From positions 96,001-160,000 of the forward strand of contig CAWHDZ010000027.1 of the NCBI GenBank assembly GCA_963828255.1: 64,000 nt of DNA, written 5' to 3'. Both the position numbers and the translations under genes were made by a program. The stretch is from an uncultured delta proteobacterium. GTDB lineage: Bacteria; Myxococcota; Myxococcia; Myxococcales; Anaeromyxobacteraceae. The notes beneath the pieces are model-generated. The model was not told the origin of the DNA. It saw only the letters and a program-made list of their open reading frames with translations, and did not search any database. Below, one piece after another: positions 9,749 through 19,369 of this stretch. Position 1 is the first letter of the stretch. The number at the start of each line of letters is the position of its first letter.

Positions 9749-12640
9749 CTATCCCAGGATGGCCTTCAGGTACTCGGTCGTCCGGGCGCGCCGCTCCCGC
9801 TCGATCTCCTTCGGATCGACGGCGACGAACTTCTCGTCGGGCGCGATCTTGAAGAGGGGCTGCCCCTTCTGGACGATGGTCCCGTCCGGGCCGGTGAGGA
9901 TGATCTTCTCCACCGTGCCGGAGAACGGCGCCCGGACGGTGTTGAACATCTTCATCACCTCGATGATGTAGAGCGCCTGCCCCTTCTCGAAGTGCATGCC
10001 CTCGTGGACGAAGGGCGGCTTCCCCGGGCCCTCCTGGCCGTAGTACATGCCGCCGCACATGGCCACGATCTCGTCGGCCTTGGTGGAGGGCGGCGGCACC
10101 AGGATCTTCTTCATCCGGGCCTGGAGATCGGGGTCGGCCAGGTAGCCGGGGATGGTGACGTCGAGGTTCTCCTCGACCCGGAAGTCGAAGAACTTCACCT
10201 GCTCGGCCAGCATGAAGAGGAGCCCGAGCAGCTCGTTGCCCGCCTCGTAGCCCAGGTGGGCCGAGCGGATGCGGCTCCAGACGTCGGCGCCGTAGCCGCC
10301 CTGCGGGGCCTCGTTCTCCAGGATCTCGGCCAGCTTCCAGAACTCCTGCTTGTCGAGGCCGAAGGTCTTGCGCAGCTCCTGGTAGAAGCGGATCGACTTC
10401 TGCAGCAGCTCGTGGTCGTGCTGCCAGATCACCTCGGCCGCCGGCGCCTTCGGGTCGAAGGCCATGTTCAGGTAGTCGTAGGTGTCGTTGAGCACGCCCA
10501 GCGGGTTGCGCAGCCAGAAGAGCTTGCCGTTGCGGATCTCGTAGTTCTTGCGGTTCAGCGCGAGCCAGCCCGAGAAGAGGTGCGGGTCTTCGAGCAGCCG
10601 CTCCATGGGACGGGTGAGGAGCGTGCCCTTCCGGTCGAGCACGTCGGCGACGGCCTTGAGCGCGGCCGGGTCGTCGGGAAACTCGGCGACGGCCTTCTTC
10701 GCGTAGCTCTTCTTCATCTCGGCGAAGGCGAAGGCCACGTCGAGCTTGTTGGACTCGTCCTTGAGCTGCCCCACCAGCGTCAGGTAGGGCACCACGAACC
10801 GGGTGGTGGGCTTCGCCATCACGTTCTGCCCGATGAACCAGTTCACCAGCCCGTAGTGGAACTCGAGGTTGGTGGCGAGGCCGACGCCGCGCAGGCTGGT
10901 GCGGGAGATGACCTGGGAGAGCCTCTGGTAGCTCTCCAGCCGGTCCTTCCCCTCGGTGAGGAGCAGCGCGATGTTGGAGTCGTATGCGCCGGCCACCCGG
11001 TAGCGCATGAACATGCCGGTGTCGGGGTTCACCAGGCTGATTCCCTGGTCGTCCCGGATCTCGCCCGGGATGGGCTTCGACCAGAAGCGGATGACACCGC
11101 CGGCGTGCGGCGAGAGCGAGGCGTCGGTGGCGTTCAGGCGGGCCTCGGCGGAGGCGCCGAATCGGGGGATGCGGGTGGGCCTGGGCAGCCGCGCCTTGTG
11201 CCGGGCCAGGAGCGCCATGGCCTCCACCAGCGACTCGACGACGAAGGAGTCCTTGGGGTCGTCGGGGTTGGTGAAGCGCAGGCTGTAGCAGAGCTCGGTG
11301 ACCCGGTGCTCCACCTGGATGCGGGTGTTCACCTCCATGAAGTAGTAGCGGTCCCGGTCCACGATGCACTCGAAGGTGGACGCGGAGTCGAGGCCCACCG
11401 CCTCGCCGAAGCGGGCCGCGTCGTCCTCCATGCGCTTCAGGATCTCCAGATCCGTGGCCAGCGCCTTGGCCTCGGCGGCGCGACCGGCCTTGCTCGCCGA
11501 CGCGATGGCCGCGGCGAGCCCCTCCTGGGTCACCGAGATCTCGAGCAGCTTCTGCTCGTGCATCTGCAGGGAGCAGTCGCGCCCGCCCATGGGAACGCAC
11601 CACTTGCCGTTGCCGAGCAGCTGGATCTCGTTGTGGCGGGTCTGCTCGATGTTGAGCTCGACGAGGACGTTCTTGTTGTCGCCGACGCCGTTGGCCTTCA
11701 CCTCGTTCAGGACCTCGCGCACCATGGCCGGCGCCTCGGCCGCGGCCTCGGCGATGGCCTTCGAGTCCGCGTCCTTCCGGATGAGCAGCGCCCCGCCCAG
11801 GATGCGCTGCCCCTTGCCGCCGCCGCCGCCGATGGCCTTGATGCGCACCCGGCTCTGCGGGTGCTTGGTGAACATGTCCACGACTTCCTTGCGGACCTGC
11901 TCGCCCAGCTCGTCGACGGTGTAGAGGTCGATGCCCTTGGCGTAGGAGGCCATGAGCACGGCGTCGGCCAGGGTCTCGAGGGGGAGCTTCTCGTTCCCGA
12001 GCACCTTGGGATCCACCGCCAGTTGCTCCGACTCGGCCAGCGCCAGCAGCTGCTTGCGGGTGGGGTGGCGGGAGAGCAGCGTGCGCGCAGCGACGTCGTT
12101 CACGCCCGGCGTCACCGAGACCTTCACCTCGAGCGCGGTCCGCTTGGCCTCGTCCTTCTTGCCGGCGCGGGCCTGGGTCACCGAGTTGGGGCCGATGAAC
12201 TTCAGGCCCGCCTTCTCGAGGGTGGCCACGAACTCCTCGTCCTCGGCCATGAAGCCGTAGCCGGCGAAGACCGAGTCGTAGCCGTTGTCCCGGGCGATCT
12301 GCACGATCTGCTGCATGCGCTCGACCCGCTCCTCCTTGGAGGCGCCGGAGTAGTCGGGCACCCGGTGGACGCGGCGGTTGTCGCTGAGCTGGCGCAGTTC
12401 GGGGGCGAGCGCGTTGGGGTAGACGATCGAGTCCTTCTCGGAGAGCAGGATCCCGTAGTGGGCGATCCCCATCTCCTCGAAGACGTCCATGGCCTCCTTG
12501 CGGATGGGGCCGCGGCAGACGATGAGCGGCTTCAGGTCCTCGCACGCGAAGGAGCGCACCCAGGGCGAGGGCGACAGCCCGAGCCGCCGGTCGCGGTGGA
12601 TGAGGGGGTTGTTGCGGTAGAGGTCGGCGGTGTCGGCCAT
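9749..12640 (-). CDS. Biotin carboxylase fused to biotin carrier domain (acyl-CoA carboxylase alpha subunit), 963 aa
   Basis: GYGFMAED, KAIGGGGGKG, RDCSLQ..QK, FMEVNTRIQVEH, C-terminal biotinylation motif EVMKM. Confidence 0.92.
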   Translation of the reverse strand: MADTADLYRNNPLIHRDRRLGLSPSPWVRSFACEDLKPLIVCRGPIRKEAMDVFEEMGIAHYGILLSEKDSIVYPNALAPELRQLSDNRRVHRVPDYSGASKEERVERMQQIVQIARDNGYDSVFAGYGFMAEDEEFVATLEKAGLKFIGPNSVTQARAGKKDEAKRTALEVKVSVTPGVNDVAARTLLSRHPTRKQLLALAESEQLAVDPKVLGNEKLPLETLADAVLMASYAKGIDLYTVDELGEQVRKEVVDMFTKHPQSRVRIKAIGGGGGKGQRILGGALLIRKDADSKAIAEAAAEAPAMVREVLNEVKANGVGDNKNVLVELNIEQTRHNEIQLLGNGKWCVPMGGRDCSLQMHEQKLLEISVTQEGLAAAIASASKAGRAAEAKALATDLEILKRMEDDAARFGEAVGLDSASTFECIVDRDRYYFMEVNTRIQVEHRVTELCYSLRFTNPDDPKDSFVVESLVEAMALLARHKARLPRPTRIPRFGASAEARLNATDASLSPHAGGVIRFWSKPIPGEIRDDQGISLVNPDTGMFMRYRVAGAYDSNIALLLTEGKDRLESYQRLSQVISRTSLRGVGLATNLEFHYGLVNWFIGQNVMAKPTTRFVVPYLTLVGQLKDESNKLDVAFAFAEMKKSYAKKAVAEFPDDPAALKAVADVLDRKGTLLTRPMERLLEDPHLFSGWLALNRKNYEIRNGKLFWLRNPLGVLNDTYDYLNMAFDPKAPAAEVIWQHDHELLQKSIRFYQELRKTFGLDKQEFWKLAEILENEAPQGGYGADVWSRIRSAHLGYEAGNELLGLLFMLAEQVKFFDFRVEENLDVTIPGYLADPDLQARMKKILVPPPSTKADEIVAMCGGMYYGQEGPGKPPFVHEGMHFEKGQALYIIEVMKMFNTVRAPFSGTVEKIILTGPDGTIVQKGQPLFKIAPDEKFVAVDPKEIERERRARTTEYLKAILG

Positions 12641-12683
12641 CGTGGAGGTCTCCGGAGTCGAGGTCGGGGGTGGTGGCCGGACG

Positions 12684-14408
12684 TCAGTGGAACTCGCGCT
12701 GCGGGCCGCCCATCGGCGACGGCTTGTAGTGGCGGAGCATGAAGTGGAGGTTCTTGCCCAGGGCCTCGCGGAGGTCGGTGGGCATGACCAGCGAGGAGAT
12801 GGAGCCGAGCGCCAGCCCCTCCTTCGGGTTCATGAGCTCCTTCTCGTAGCGCTTGTTGAGCGCCGCCTCCTGCTGCTTCAGCCACTCGGCGGCCTCCCTC
12901 TCGGCGTCCTTCTTGGCCGGAGGCCCCTCCATTCCGGCGGCGGTGCGGGCGGCCACGCCCTTCTTCACCATGTCGGCGGCGCCGGCGCGGATCTTCCGGA
13001 CCTCGTCCTTGTAGACGAACTCCTTCCCGGCCGGCCCCATGACCGCGAGGCGGGTGGTGGGGAGCGCCAGCACCAGGTCGGCGCCGGTGGGGTAGTTGTT
13101 GTAGGAGGCGTAGGCGCCGCCGAAGGCGTTGCGCAGGATGAGCAGGATGCGCGGGGTGCGCACGTCCACGATGGAGTCGAGCATGGAGCGGCCGGCCCCG
13201 ACGATGCCGCGGGCCTCCTGCTCGCGCCCCGGCAGGAAGCCGGTGGTGTCCTCCATGAAGATGATGGGGATGTTGTAGATGTTGCAGAAGCGCACGAACC
13301 TCGCGATCTTCAGCGCCGAGTCGCAGTCGATCTGGCCGGAGGAGACCGCGCTGTTGTTGGCCACGAACCCCACCACGTGGCCGCCCAGGCGGCCGAAGGC
13401 GGTGACCGCCTCCTTGGCCCGCTCCGGCTGCAGCTCGAAGTAGTCGCCGTAGTCGCAGACCTGCTGGATGATGATCGAGACGTCGAAGGGCGTGTTGAAG
13501 CCGGTCGGCGAGTTGAAGGCCTTCTTGAGGAGGGTGTTGATCTCCCAGGTCTTGCGGTCGAGCGGGTCGGTGGTCTCCTGGAAGGGCGCCAGCACGCCGT
13601 TGTTGTCGGGGATGTAGGCGAGGAGCCGCACCGCCTGGCGCAGCGCCGCCAGCTCGTCCTGCACCGTGAGGTCGGCCACGCCCGAGTTGCCGTGCACCTT
13701 GGGGCCGCCCAGGTCCTCTGGCGTGATGTCCTCGCCCAGCACCGACTTCACCACGCCCGGCCCGGTCAGGCCGAAGAAGGTGTCGTTGGGCTGGATGACG
13801 AAGCTGCCCTGGCGCGGCAGGTACGAGCCGCCGCCGGCGTTGAAGCCGAACATGCACATGATGGAGGGGACCACGCCGCTGATCTTGCGCAGCGCCGTGA
13901 AGGCCTCGGCGTATCCGTCGAGACCGCCCACCCCGGCGGGCACGAAGGCGCCGGCCGAGTCGTTCATGCCGATGAGCGGGATGCCGCGCTCGCCGGCCAG
14001 GCGGAAGAGCTTGGCCAGCTTGGTGCCGTTGGTGGCGTCCATCGACCCTGCACGGACCGTGAAATCGTGCCCGTAGACCGCCACGTCGCGCCCGCCGATG
14101 TCCACCACCGCGGTGACCAGCGAGGCGCCGTCGAGGTTCTTGCCCCAGTTCTGGAAGAGGACCAGGGGGTTCTTGTCGGAGAGCACCCGCATGCGCTCCC
14201 AGACGGTCATGCGCTTCTTGGCGTGCTGCTTCTCGATCTGGTCGATGGCGACCGACCGGATGGGGCGCTGGATGAGGTCCCAGCCCTCCTTCATGGCCTC
14301 CTCGTAGGGGCCTGTGGCCCGGGCGATCTCGCCGGGGATGTTGAAGTCCACCTTCTCGGGAGGGTCGAGAGGGTTCTGCAGGGTCGGCTTGACGGGGCGC
14401 TTGGACAT
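12684..14408 (-). CDS. Acyl-CoA carboxylase carboxyltransferase (beta) subunit
   Basis: [41 protein letters not shown]; start ATG 14408. Confidence 0.92.
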   Translation of the reverse strand: MSKRPVKPTLQNPLDPPEKVDFNIPGEIARATGPYEEAMKEGWDLIQRPIRSVAIDQIEKQHAKKRMTVWERMRVLSDKNPLVLFQNWGKNLDGASLVTAVVDIGGRDVAVYGHDFTVRAGSMDATNGTKLAKLFRLAGERGIPLIGMNDSAGAFVPAGVGGLDGYAEAFTALRKISGVVPSIMCMFGFNAGGGSYLPRQGSFVIQPNDTFFGLTGPGVVKSVLGEDITPEDLGGPKVHGNSGVADLTVQDELAALRQAVRLLAYIPDNNGVLAPFQETTDPLDRKTWEINTLLKKAFNSPTGFNTPFDVSIIIQQVCDYGDYFELQPERAKEAVTAFGRLGGHVVGFVANNSAVSSGQIDCDSALKIARFVRFCNIYNIPIIFMEDTTGFLPGREQEARGIVGAGRSMLDSIVDVRTPRILLILRNAFGGAYASYNNYPTGADLVLALPTTRLAVMGPAGKEFVYKDEVRKIRAGAADMVKKGVAARTAAGMEGPPAKKDAEREAAEWLKQQEAALNKRYEKELMNPKEGLALGSISSLVMPTDLREALGKNLHFMLRHYKPSPMGGPQREFH

Positions 14409-14599
14409 GGGCTCGGGACCTCCGACCGCGGGGAGCGCTGGGGCGCGAAAAAAAGGAAGCGGATTGTGGCAAGCCCGGGCCAGACCGGCAAGGTCTTCCG
14501 GCGCGATCCTGCGCGCGCCGATGACGCATCGCGCCGTGATCGGGGTTGATCGGATCACTAGGATGCCTGCTCCGCGGAGTCACCTGGGGCAGGGAGCGC

Positions 14600-15403
14600 A
14601 TGACGGGATCACCGGTCGTCGAGAGCGAGGGCCGGGACATCCTGTCGGTCGAGGGGCTTTCGCTCTCCTTCGGGGGACTGGCCGCCCTGGCCGACGTGGA
14701 CCTCTCGGTCCGGCAGGGCTCGATCACCGGGATCATCGGCCCCAACGGCGCGGGGAAGACGAGCCTCCTCAACTGCATCTCCGGCTTCTACCACCCGCAG
14801 CGGGGACGGGTGACCTTCGACGGCAAGGACGTCACCCGCGTGGCCCCGGACCGCCGCGCCGCGCTGGGCATCGGACGGACCTTCCAGAACGTGGCCCTCT
14901 TCGAGGGCATGAGCGTCCTCGACAACGTGAAGCTGGGGGCCCACGCGCGGCTCTCCTCGGGGATCCTCTCCACCATGGCATTCACTCCTGGTGCACGGCG
15001 CGAGGAGCTCCAGCTGCGCGAGCAGGTGGAGAACGAGGTCTTCGACTTCCTGGAGATCGAGCACCTGCGCAACCGCACGGTGGGCAGCCTGGCCTACGGC
15101 CTGCAGAAGCGGGTCGACCTGGCGCGCGCCCTGGCCATGCGGCCGCGGATCCTGCTCCTCGACGAGCCGGTGGCCGGCATGAACGAGGAGGAGACCGAGG
15201 ACATGGCCCGCTTCATCCTCGACGTCCAGGAGGAGCGGGGCGTGACCATCGTCCTCATCGAGCACGACATGGGCGTGGTCATGGACCTGTGCGACCGCAT
15301 CGCCGTGCTCTCCTTCGGCGAGCGCATCGCCGCCGGCACCCCCGACGAGATCCGGCGCGACCCCGAGGTGATCCGCGCCTACCTGGGCGAGGAAGCGGCG
15401 TGA
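14600..15403 (+). CDS. LIV-type ABC transporter ATP-binding protein (LivG-like)
   Basis: GPNGAGKT, RTFQN, LLLDEP, IEHDM, AYLG. Confidence 0.92.
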   Translation: MTGSPVVESEGRDILSVEGLSLSFGGLAALADVDLSVRQGSITGIIGPNGAGKTSLLNCISGFYHPQRGRVTFDGKDVTRVAPDRRAALGIGRTFQNVALFEGMSVLDNVKLGAHARLSSGILSTMAFTPGARREELQLREQVENEVFDFLEIEHLRNRTVGSLAYGLQKRVDLARALAMRPRILLLDEPVAGMNEEETEDMARFILDVQEERGVTIVLIEHDMGVVMDLCDRIAVLSFGERIAAGTPDEIRRDPEVIRAYLGEEAA

Positions 15404-15410
15404 CGGATCC

Positions 15411-16310
15411 ATGAGCGAGGGGCTCGTCCACCTGGTGCAGCTGCTGGTCTCCGGCGTGGTGACCGGGGGCATCTACGCGCTCGTCGCCATGGGCTTCGTC
15501 GTGGTCTACAAGGCCACCCGGGTCATCAACTTCGCCACCGGCGAGTTCATGATGCTGGGCGCCTTCTTCGCCTGGACCGCCATGGGCGCGCTGCAGGCCC
15601 CCTTCGTGGTGGCGCTGCTCGCGGCGGTGGCCGCCTCGGCGCTCCTCGGCATGGCCACCGAGCGGGTCGTGCTCCGCCCCCTGCTCGGCCAGCGCACCAT
15701 CTCGGTCATCATGGTGACCATCGGGCTGGCCGCCATCTTCAAGGGGCTGGCCCAGATCGCCTGGTCGGGGGACTACCGCACCTACCCGTCCATCTTCCCG
15801 CGGGCGCCCATCGAGCTCGGCCCCATCCTGATCCCCTCCCGCCAGTTCTACCCGTTCCTCATCGCCGTGGTGGCCATCGCCCTGGTGGGGCTGGGCTTCC
15901 GCTTCACCCGGACCGGCGTGGCCATGCGGGCCACCGCCGACGACCAGATGGCCGCCTTCGGAATGGGGATCGACATCCGGCGCGTCTTCTCCCTCTCCTG
16001 GAGCCTGGCCGCCATGACCGCGGCGGTGGCCGGGATCGTGGTGGGCATCATCGGCGGCATCAGCCCGCAGCTGGGCGCCATCGGCCTGCGTACCTTCCCG
16101 GTGGTCATCCTGGGCGGGCTCGACAGCATCGGCGGCGCCCTGGTGGGCGGGGTGATCATCGGGGTGCTCGAGAACCTGGCCGGCGGCTACGTGGACCCGC
16201 TCCTCGACGGCGCCTCCCTGAAGGAGGTCGTTCCCTTCGTGGTGCTGGTCTTCACGCTCATGGTGCGCCCCTACGGCCTCTTCGGCACGCGGGAGGTGGA
16301 GCGGCTCTGA
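15411..16310 (+). CDS. LIV-type ABC transporter permease (LivH-like)
   Basis: INFATGE, ILGGLDS, RPYGLFG. Confidence 0.92.
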   Translation: MSEGLVHLVQLLVSGVVTGGIYALVAMGFVVVYKATRVINFATGEFMMLGAFFAWTAMGALQAPFVVALLAAVAASALLGMATERVVLRPLLGQRTISVIMVTIGLAAIFKGLAQIAWSGDYRTYPSIFPRAPIELGPILIPSRQFYPFLIAVVAIALVGLGFRFTRTGVAMRATADDQMAAFGMGIDIRRVFSLSWSLAAMTAAVAGIVVGIIGGISPQLGAIGLRTFPVVILGGLDSIGGALVGGVIIGVLENLAGGYVDPLLDGASLKEVVPFVVLVFTLMVRPYGLFGTREVERL

Positions 16311-16327
16311 CCGCCCTCCTGGACCCC

Positions 16328-17371
16328 GTGATCATCGGAAACTACAAGGAGAGCTACGCCTCGGACGAGGCCATCTTCCGGACCCCGGCCACCCGCGCCT
16401 GGATGGGCGCCGCCGCGATCGCCGCGCTCGTCTTCCCCTTCCTGGCCGGCGACTACCTGCTCTACCTGGCGAATCTGATGCTGGTGCTGGCGCTCTCCGC
16501 GCTGGGGCTCAACATCCTCATCGGATTCACCGGGCAGATCTCGCTGGGCCACGCCGCCTTCATGGGGGTGGGCGCCTACGCCACGGCCATCCTGGCCTCC
16601 CGCTTCGGCCTCCCCTTCTGGATCTCCATCCCGGCCGGCGGAGCGCTGGCCACCGGCGCCGGCATGGTGGTGGGGGCGCCGTCGCTCCGCATCAAGGGGC
16701 TCTACCTGGCCATCGCCACCCTCTCGGCCCAGGTCATCTTCGAGTGGGTCTTCACCAACTGGACCTCGGTGACCGGCGGCATCCGGGGGCTCAACGTGGC
16801 GCCGGCCTCGATCGCCGGCTTCCGGCTCGACACCGACGAGCGGATCTACTTCCTCATCCTCGGGGTGACGGTGGTCCACTTCCTGCTCGCCTCGAACCTG
16901 CGCCGCTCGCGCTGGGGTCGGGCCTTCGTGGCGGTGCGCGACCGGGACGTGGCCGCCGAGATCGTGGGCGTGAACCTCTTCCGCACCAAGATCCTGTCCT
17001 TCATGGTGTCGTCCTACTACGCCGGGATCGCCGGCGGCCTGTGGGTCTACTTCACCAAGGTGATCACGCCGGAGTCCTTCCCGCTCTCCCTCTCCATCCA
17101 GTTCCTGGCCATCGTCATCGTGGGCGGGCTGGGCTCGATCAAGGGGACGGTCTACGGAACCGTCTTCATGACGCTGCTCCCGGAGGTGCTCAAGGCCGGG
17201 ACCGGCCTGGCCCGCGTCGTCTGGCCCAACGCGCAGTCGTACCTCTTCCCGCTGCGCGACGTGGTCTTCGGCCTGCTCATCGTCGTCTTCTTGATCTTCG
17301 AGCCCCACGGGCTCGCCGAGGTGTGGAACCGCGTGAAACGCTTCTTCTCGCTGTGGCCGTTCGAGAAGTGA
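16328..17371 (+). CDS. LIV-type ABC transporter permease (LivM-like)
   Basis: GQISLGHAAF, GLYLAIATL, VGGLGS, EPHGL. Confidence 0.92.
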   Translation: MIIGNYKESYASDEAIFRTPATRAWMGAAAIAALVFPFLAGDYLLYLANLMLVLALSALGLNILIGFTGQISLGHAAFMGVGAYATAILASRFGLPFWISIPAGGALATGAGMVVGAPSLRIKGLYLAIATLSAQVIFEWVFTNWTSVTGGIRGLNVAPASIAGFRLDTDERIYFLILGVTVVHFLLASNLRRSRWGRAFVAVRDRDVAAEIVGVNLFRTKILSFMVSSYYAGIAGGLWVYFTKVITPESFPLSLSIQFLAIVIVGGLGSIKGTVYGTVFMTLLPEVLKAGTGLARVVWPNAQSYLFPLRDVVFGLLIVVFLIFEPHGLAEVWNRVKRFFSLWPFEK

Positions 17372-17390
17372 AACGAAGGAGGAACCCCGC

Positions 17391-18569
17391 ATGAAGCCCC
17401 AGATCCGATTCGCCGCACTGCTCCTCGCCGTCTCCGTCGGGCTCGCGCCCGCCGCCCGCGCCGCCGACGACGTCGTCACCGTCGGCGCCTGCCAGCCCAT
17501 CACCGGACGATTCGCCTTCGCCGGCATCGCCATCAACGCCGGGCTCCAGGACTACCTGAACCTGGCCAACGAGAAGAAGCTGGTTCCGGGCAAGAAGTTC
17601 AACTACGTCTACGAGGACTCCGGGTACGACGTGGAGAAGGCGGTGGCCTGCTTCAAGCAGATCATGGCCAAGCACTCCCCGGTCATCATGTACGGCGAGT
17701 CCACCGGCCTGGGGAAGGCCATCGCGCCCGAGCTGAACTCCCGCTACAAGGTGCTCTACGCCTCGGCCTCCTTCTCCAGCGAGCTGGCGGATCCCAAGAA
17801 CCACCCCTTCTCCTTCATCTCCGGCCCCACCTACTCGGACATGTTCGGCGTGCTGCTCGAGTACATCGCCCGCAACAAGGGGGAGGCCAGGCCCAAGGTG
17901 GCCTTCTTCTACAGCGACACCGAGTTCGGCAAGGACCCCATCCCCTTCGCGAGGAAGCGCGCCGCCGAGCTGGGAATCGACGTGGTGAACGAGATCGTCA
18001 CCAAGGCCGGCGCCGTGGACGTGACGAGCGAGGTCCTCCAGCTCAAGAAGACCAGCCCCGACTACGTCATCTTCCAGGGCTACATCCTCTCCCCCATCAT
18101 CGAGGTCATCCGCGCCACCAAGGACTTCGGCATGAAGACCCGGTTCATGGGCACGTTCTGGTCCATGGACAAGGGCATCATCGAGAAGCTCGGGCAGGAC
18201 GCCGAGGGCTACATGGGCGTCATGCCCTACGCCTACTTCTACGAGGAGTCGGCCCCCGGGATCGCCGCCATGCGGGCCTACAACCAGAGGCTCCACCCCG
18301 AGGTGAAGTACCAGCCCAACTCCTACGTCCAGGGCTGGTTCACCGGCATGGTCTACGTGGAGGCGGTGCGGCGCGTGGTGGCCGCGGGCAAGCCGGTCAC
18401 CGGCGAGAACCTGGCCGCCGTCATCGACACCATCAAGGACTGGGACACCGGCGGGGTCACCGGCAAGGTGACCTTCGTGAACCACAAGGCCGGCGTGGGG
18501 CGCGTCTACAGGGCCAACGCCGCCAAGGGCATCTTCGAGCCGGCTTCCGACTGGATCTACTCGAAGTGA
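17391..18569 (+). CDS. LIV-type ABC transporter substrate-binding protein
   Basis: Signal peptide; type I periplasmic binding protein pattern (PITGRFA, EDSGY); operon context. Confidence 0.88.
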   Translation: MKPQIRFAALLLAVSVGLAPAARAADDVVTVGACQPITGRFAFAGIAINAGLQDYLNLANEKKLVPGKKFNYVYEDSGYDVEKAVACFKQIMAKHSPVIMYGESTGLGKAIAPELNSRYKVLYASASFSSELADPKNHPFSFISGPTYSDMFGVLLEYIARNKGEARPKVAFFYSDTEFGKDPIPFARKRAAELGIDVVNEIVTKAGAVDVTSEVLQLKKTSPDYVIFQGYILSPIIEVIRATKDFGMKTRFMGTFWSMDKGIIEKLGQDAEGYMGVMPYAYFYEESAPGIAAMRAYNQRLHPEVKYQPNSYVQGWFTGMVYVEAVRRVVAAGKPVTGENLAAVIDTIKDWDTGGVTGKVTFVNHKAGVGRVYRANAAKGIFEPASDWIYSK

Positions 18570-19369
18570 ATCCGCCGCTCCTCCACGTCAACAACCTGGA
18601 GGTGGTGTACCAACACACCATCCAGGTGCTGAAGGGGCTCTCCCTCTCCGTCCCCGAGGGCGCCATCGTGGCGCTCCTCGGGTCGAACGGGGCCGGGAAG
18701 ACCACCACCCTGAAGGCCATCTCCGGGCTCCTCCCCCTCGAGAACGGGGAGATCGTCGACGGGGAGATTGCCTTCCGTGGAGCCTCCATCGCCGGGAACC
18801 TGCCCCACCGCATCGCGCAGGACGGGCTCTTCCAGGTGATGGAGGGGCGGCGCATCTTCCAGCACCTCACGGTGGAGGACAACCTCGAGGCCGCCACCTA
18901 CGCCAGGAAGGGCGGCGTGGACCTGGGCGAGGCGCTCAAGAAGGTCTTCACCTACTTCCCGCGCCTGCGGGAGCGGCGCAAGCAGCTGGGCGGCTACCTC
19001 TCCGGCGGGGAGCAGCAGATGCTCGCCATCGGCCGGGCGCTGGTGGCCGGTCCCTCCCTGCTGCTCCTCGACGAGCCGTCGCTGGGGCTCTCGCCGCTCC
19101 TGGTCCAGGAGATCTTCCGCATCATCCAGGCCATCAACCGGGACGAGAAGGTCTCCATCCTGCTGGTCGAGCAGAACGCCCGCATGGCGCTGGCCATCTC
19201 CAGCCACGCCTACATCCTGGAGAGCGGGAAGGTGGTGCTCGACGGCCCGTCGGACAAGCTCCGCGAGGACCGCGACGTCCAGGAGTTCTACCTGGGCAGC
19301 GCCGGCTCCGGGCGGGTGAGCTACCGCCAGGTGAAGCACTACAAGCGGAGGAAGCGTTGGCTCTCCTGA
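18566..19369 (+). CDS. LIV-type ABC transporter ATP-binding protein (LivF-like)
   Basis: GSNGAGKT, LSGGEQQ, LVEQN, C-terminal YKRRKRWLS tail typical of ligase-linked LivF. Confidence 0.92.
   Translation: MNPPLLHVNNLEVVYQHTIQVLKGLSLSVPEGAIVALLGSNGAGKTTTLKAISGLLPLENGEIVDGEIAFRGASIAGNLPHRIAQDGLFQVMEGRRIFQHLTVEDNLEAATYARKGGVDLGEALKKVFTYFPRLRERRKQLGGYLSGGEQQMLAIGRALVAGPSLLLLDEPSLGLSPLLVQEIFRIIQAINRDEKVSILLVEQNARMALAISSHAYILESGKVVLDGPSDKLREDRDVQEFYLGSAGSGRVSYRQVKHYKRRKRWLS

Noticed and set aside
9293..12742. 1149-aa + strand ORF, and similar very long ORFs (529-3561 -, 786-3869 +, 48818-51607 +, 48306-51779 -)
   Set aside because: Antisense or frame-shifted shadows of real genes, expected at this GC content; Arg/Gly/Pro-rich with no family motifs (only the last 168 aa of 48306-51779 is the real SRPBCC gene).
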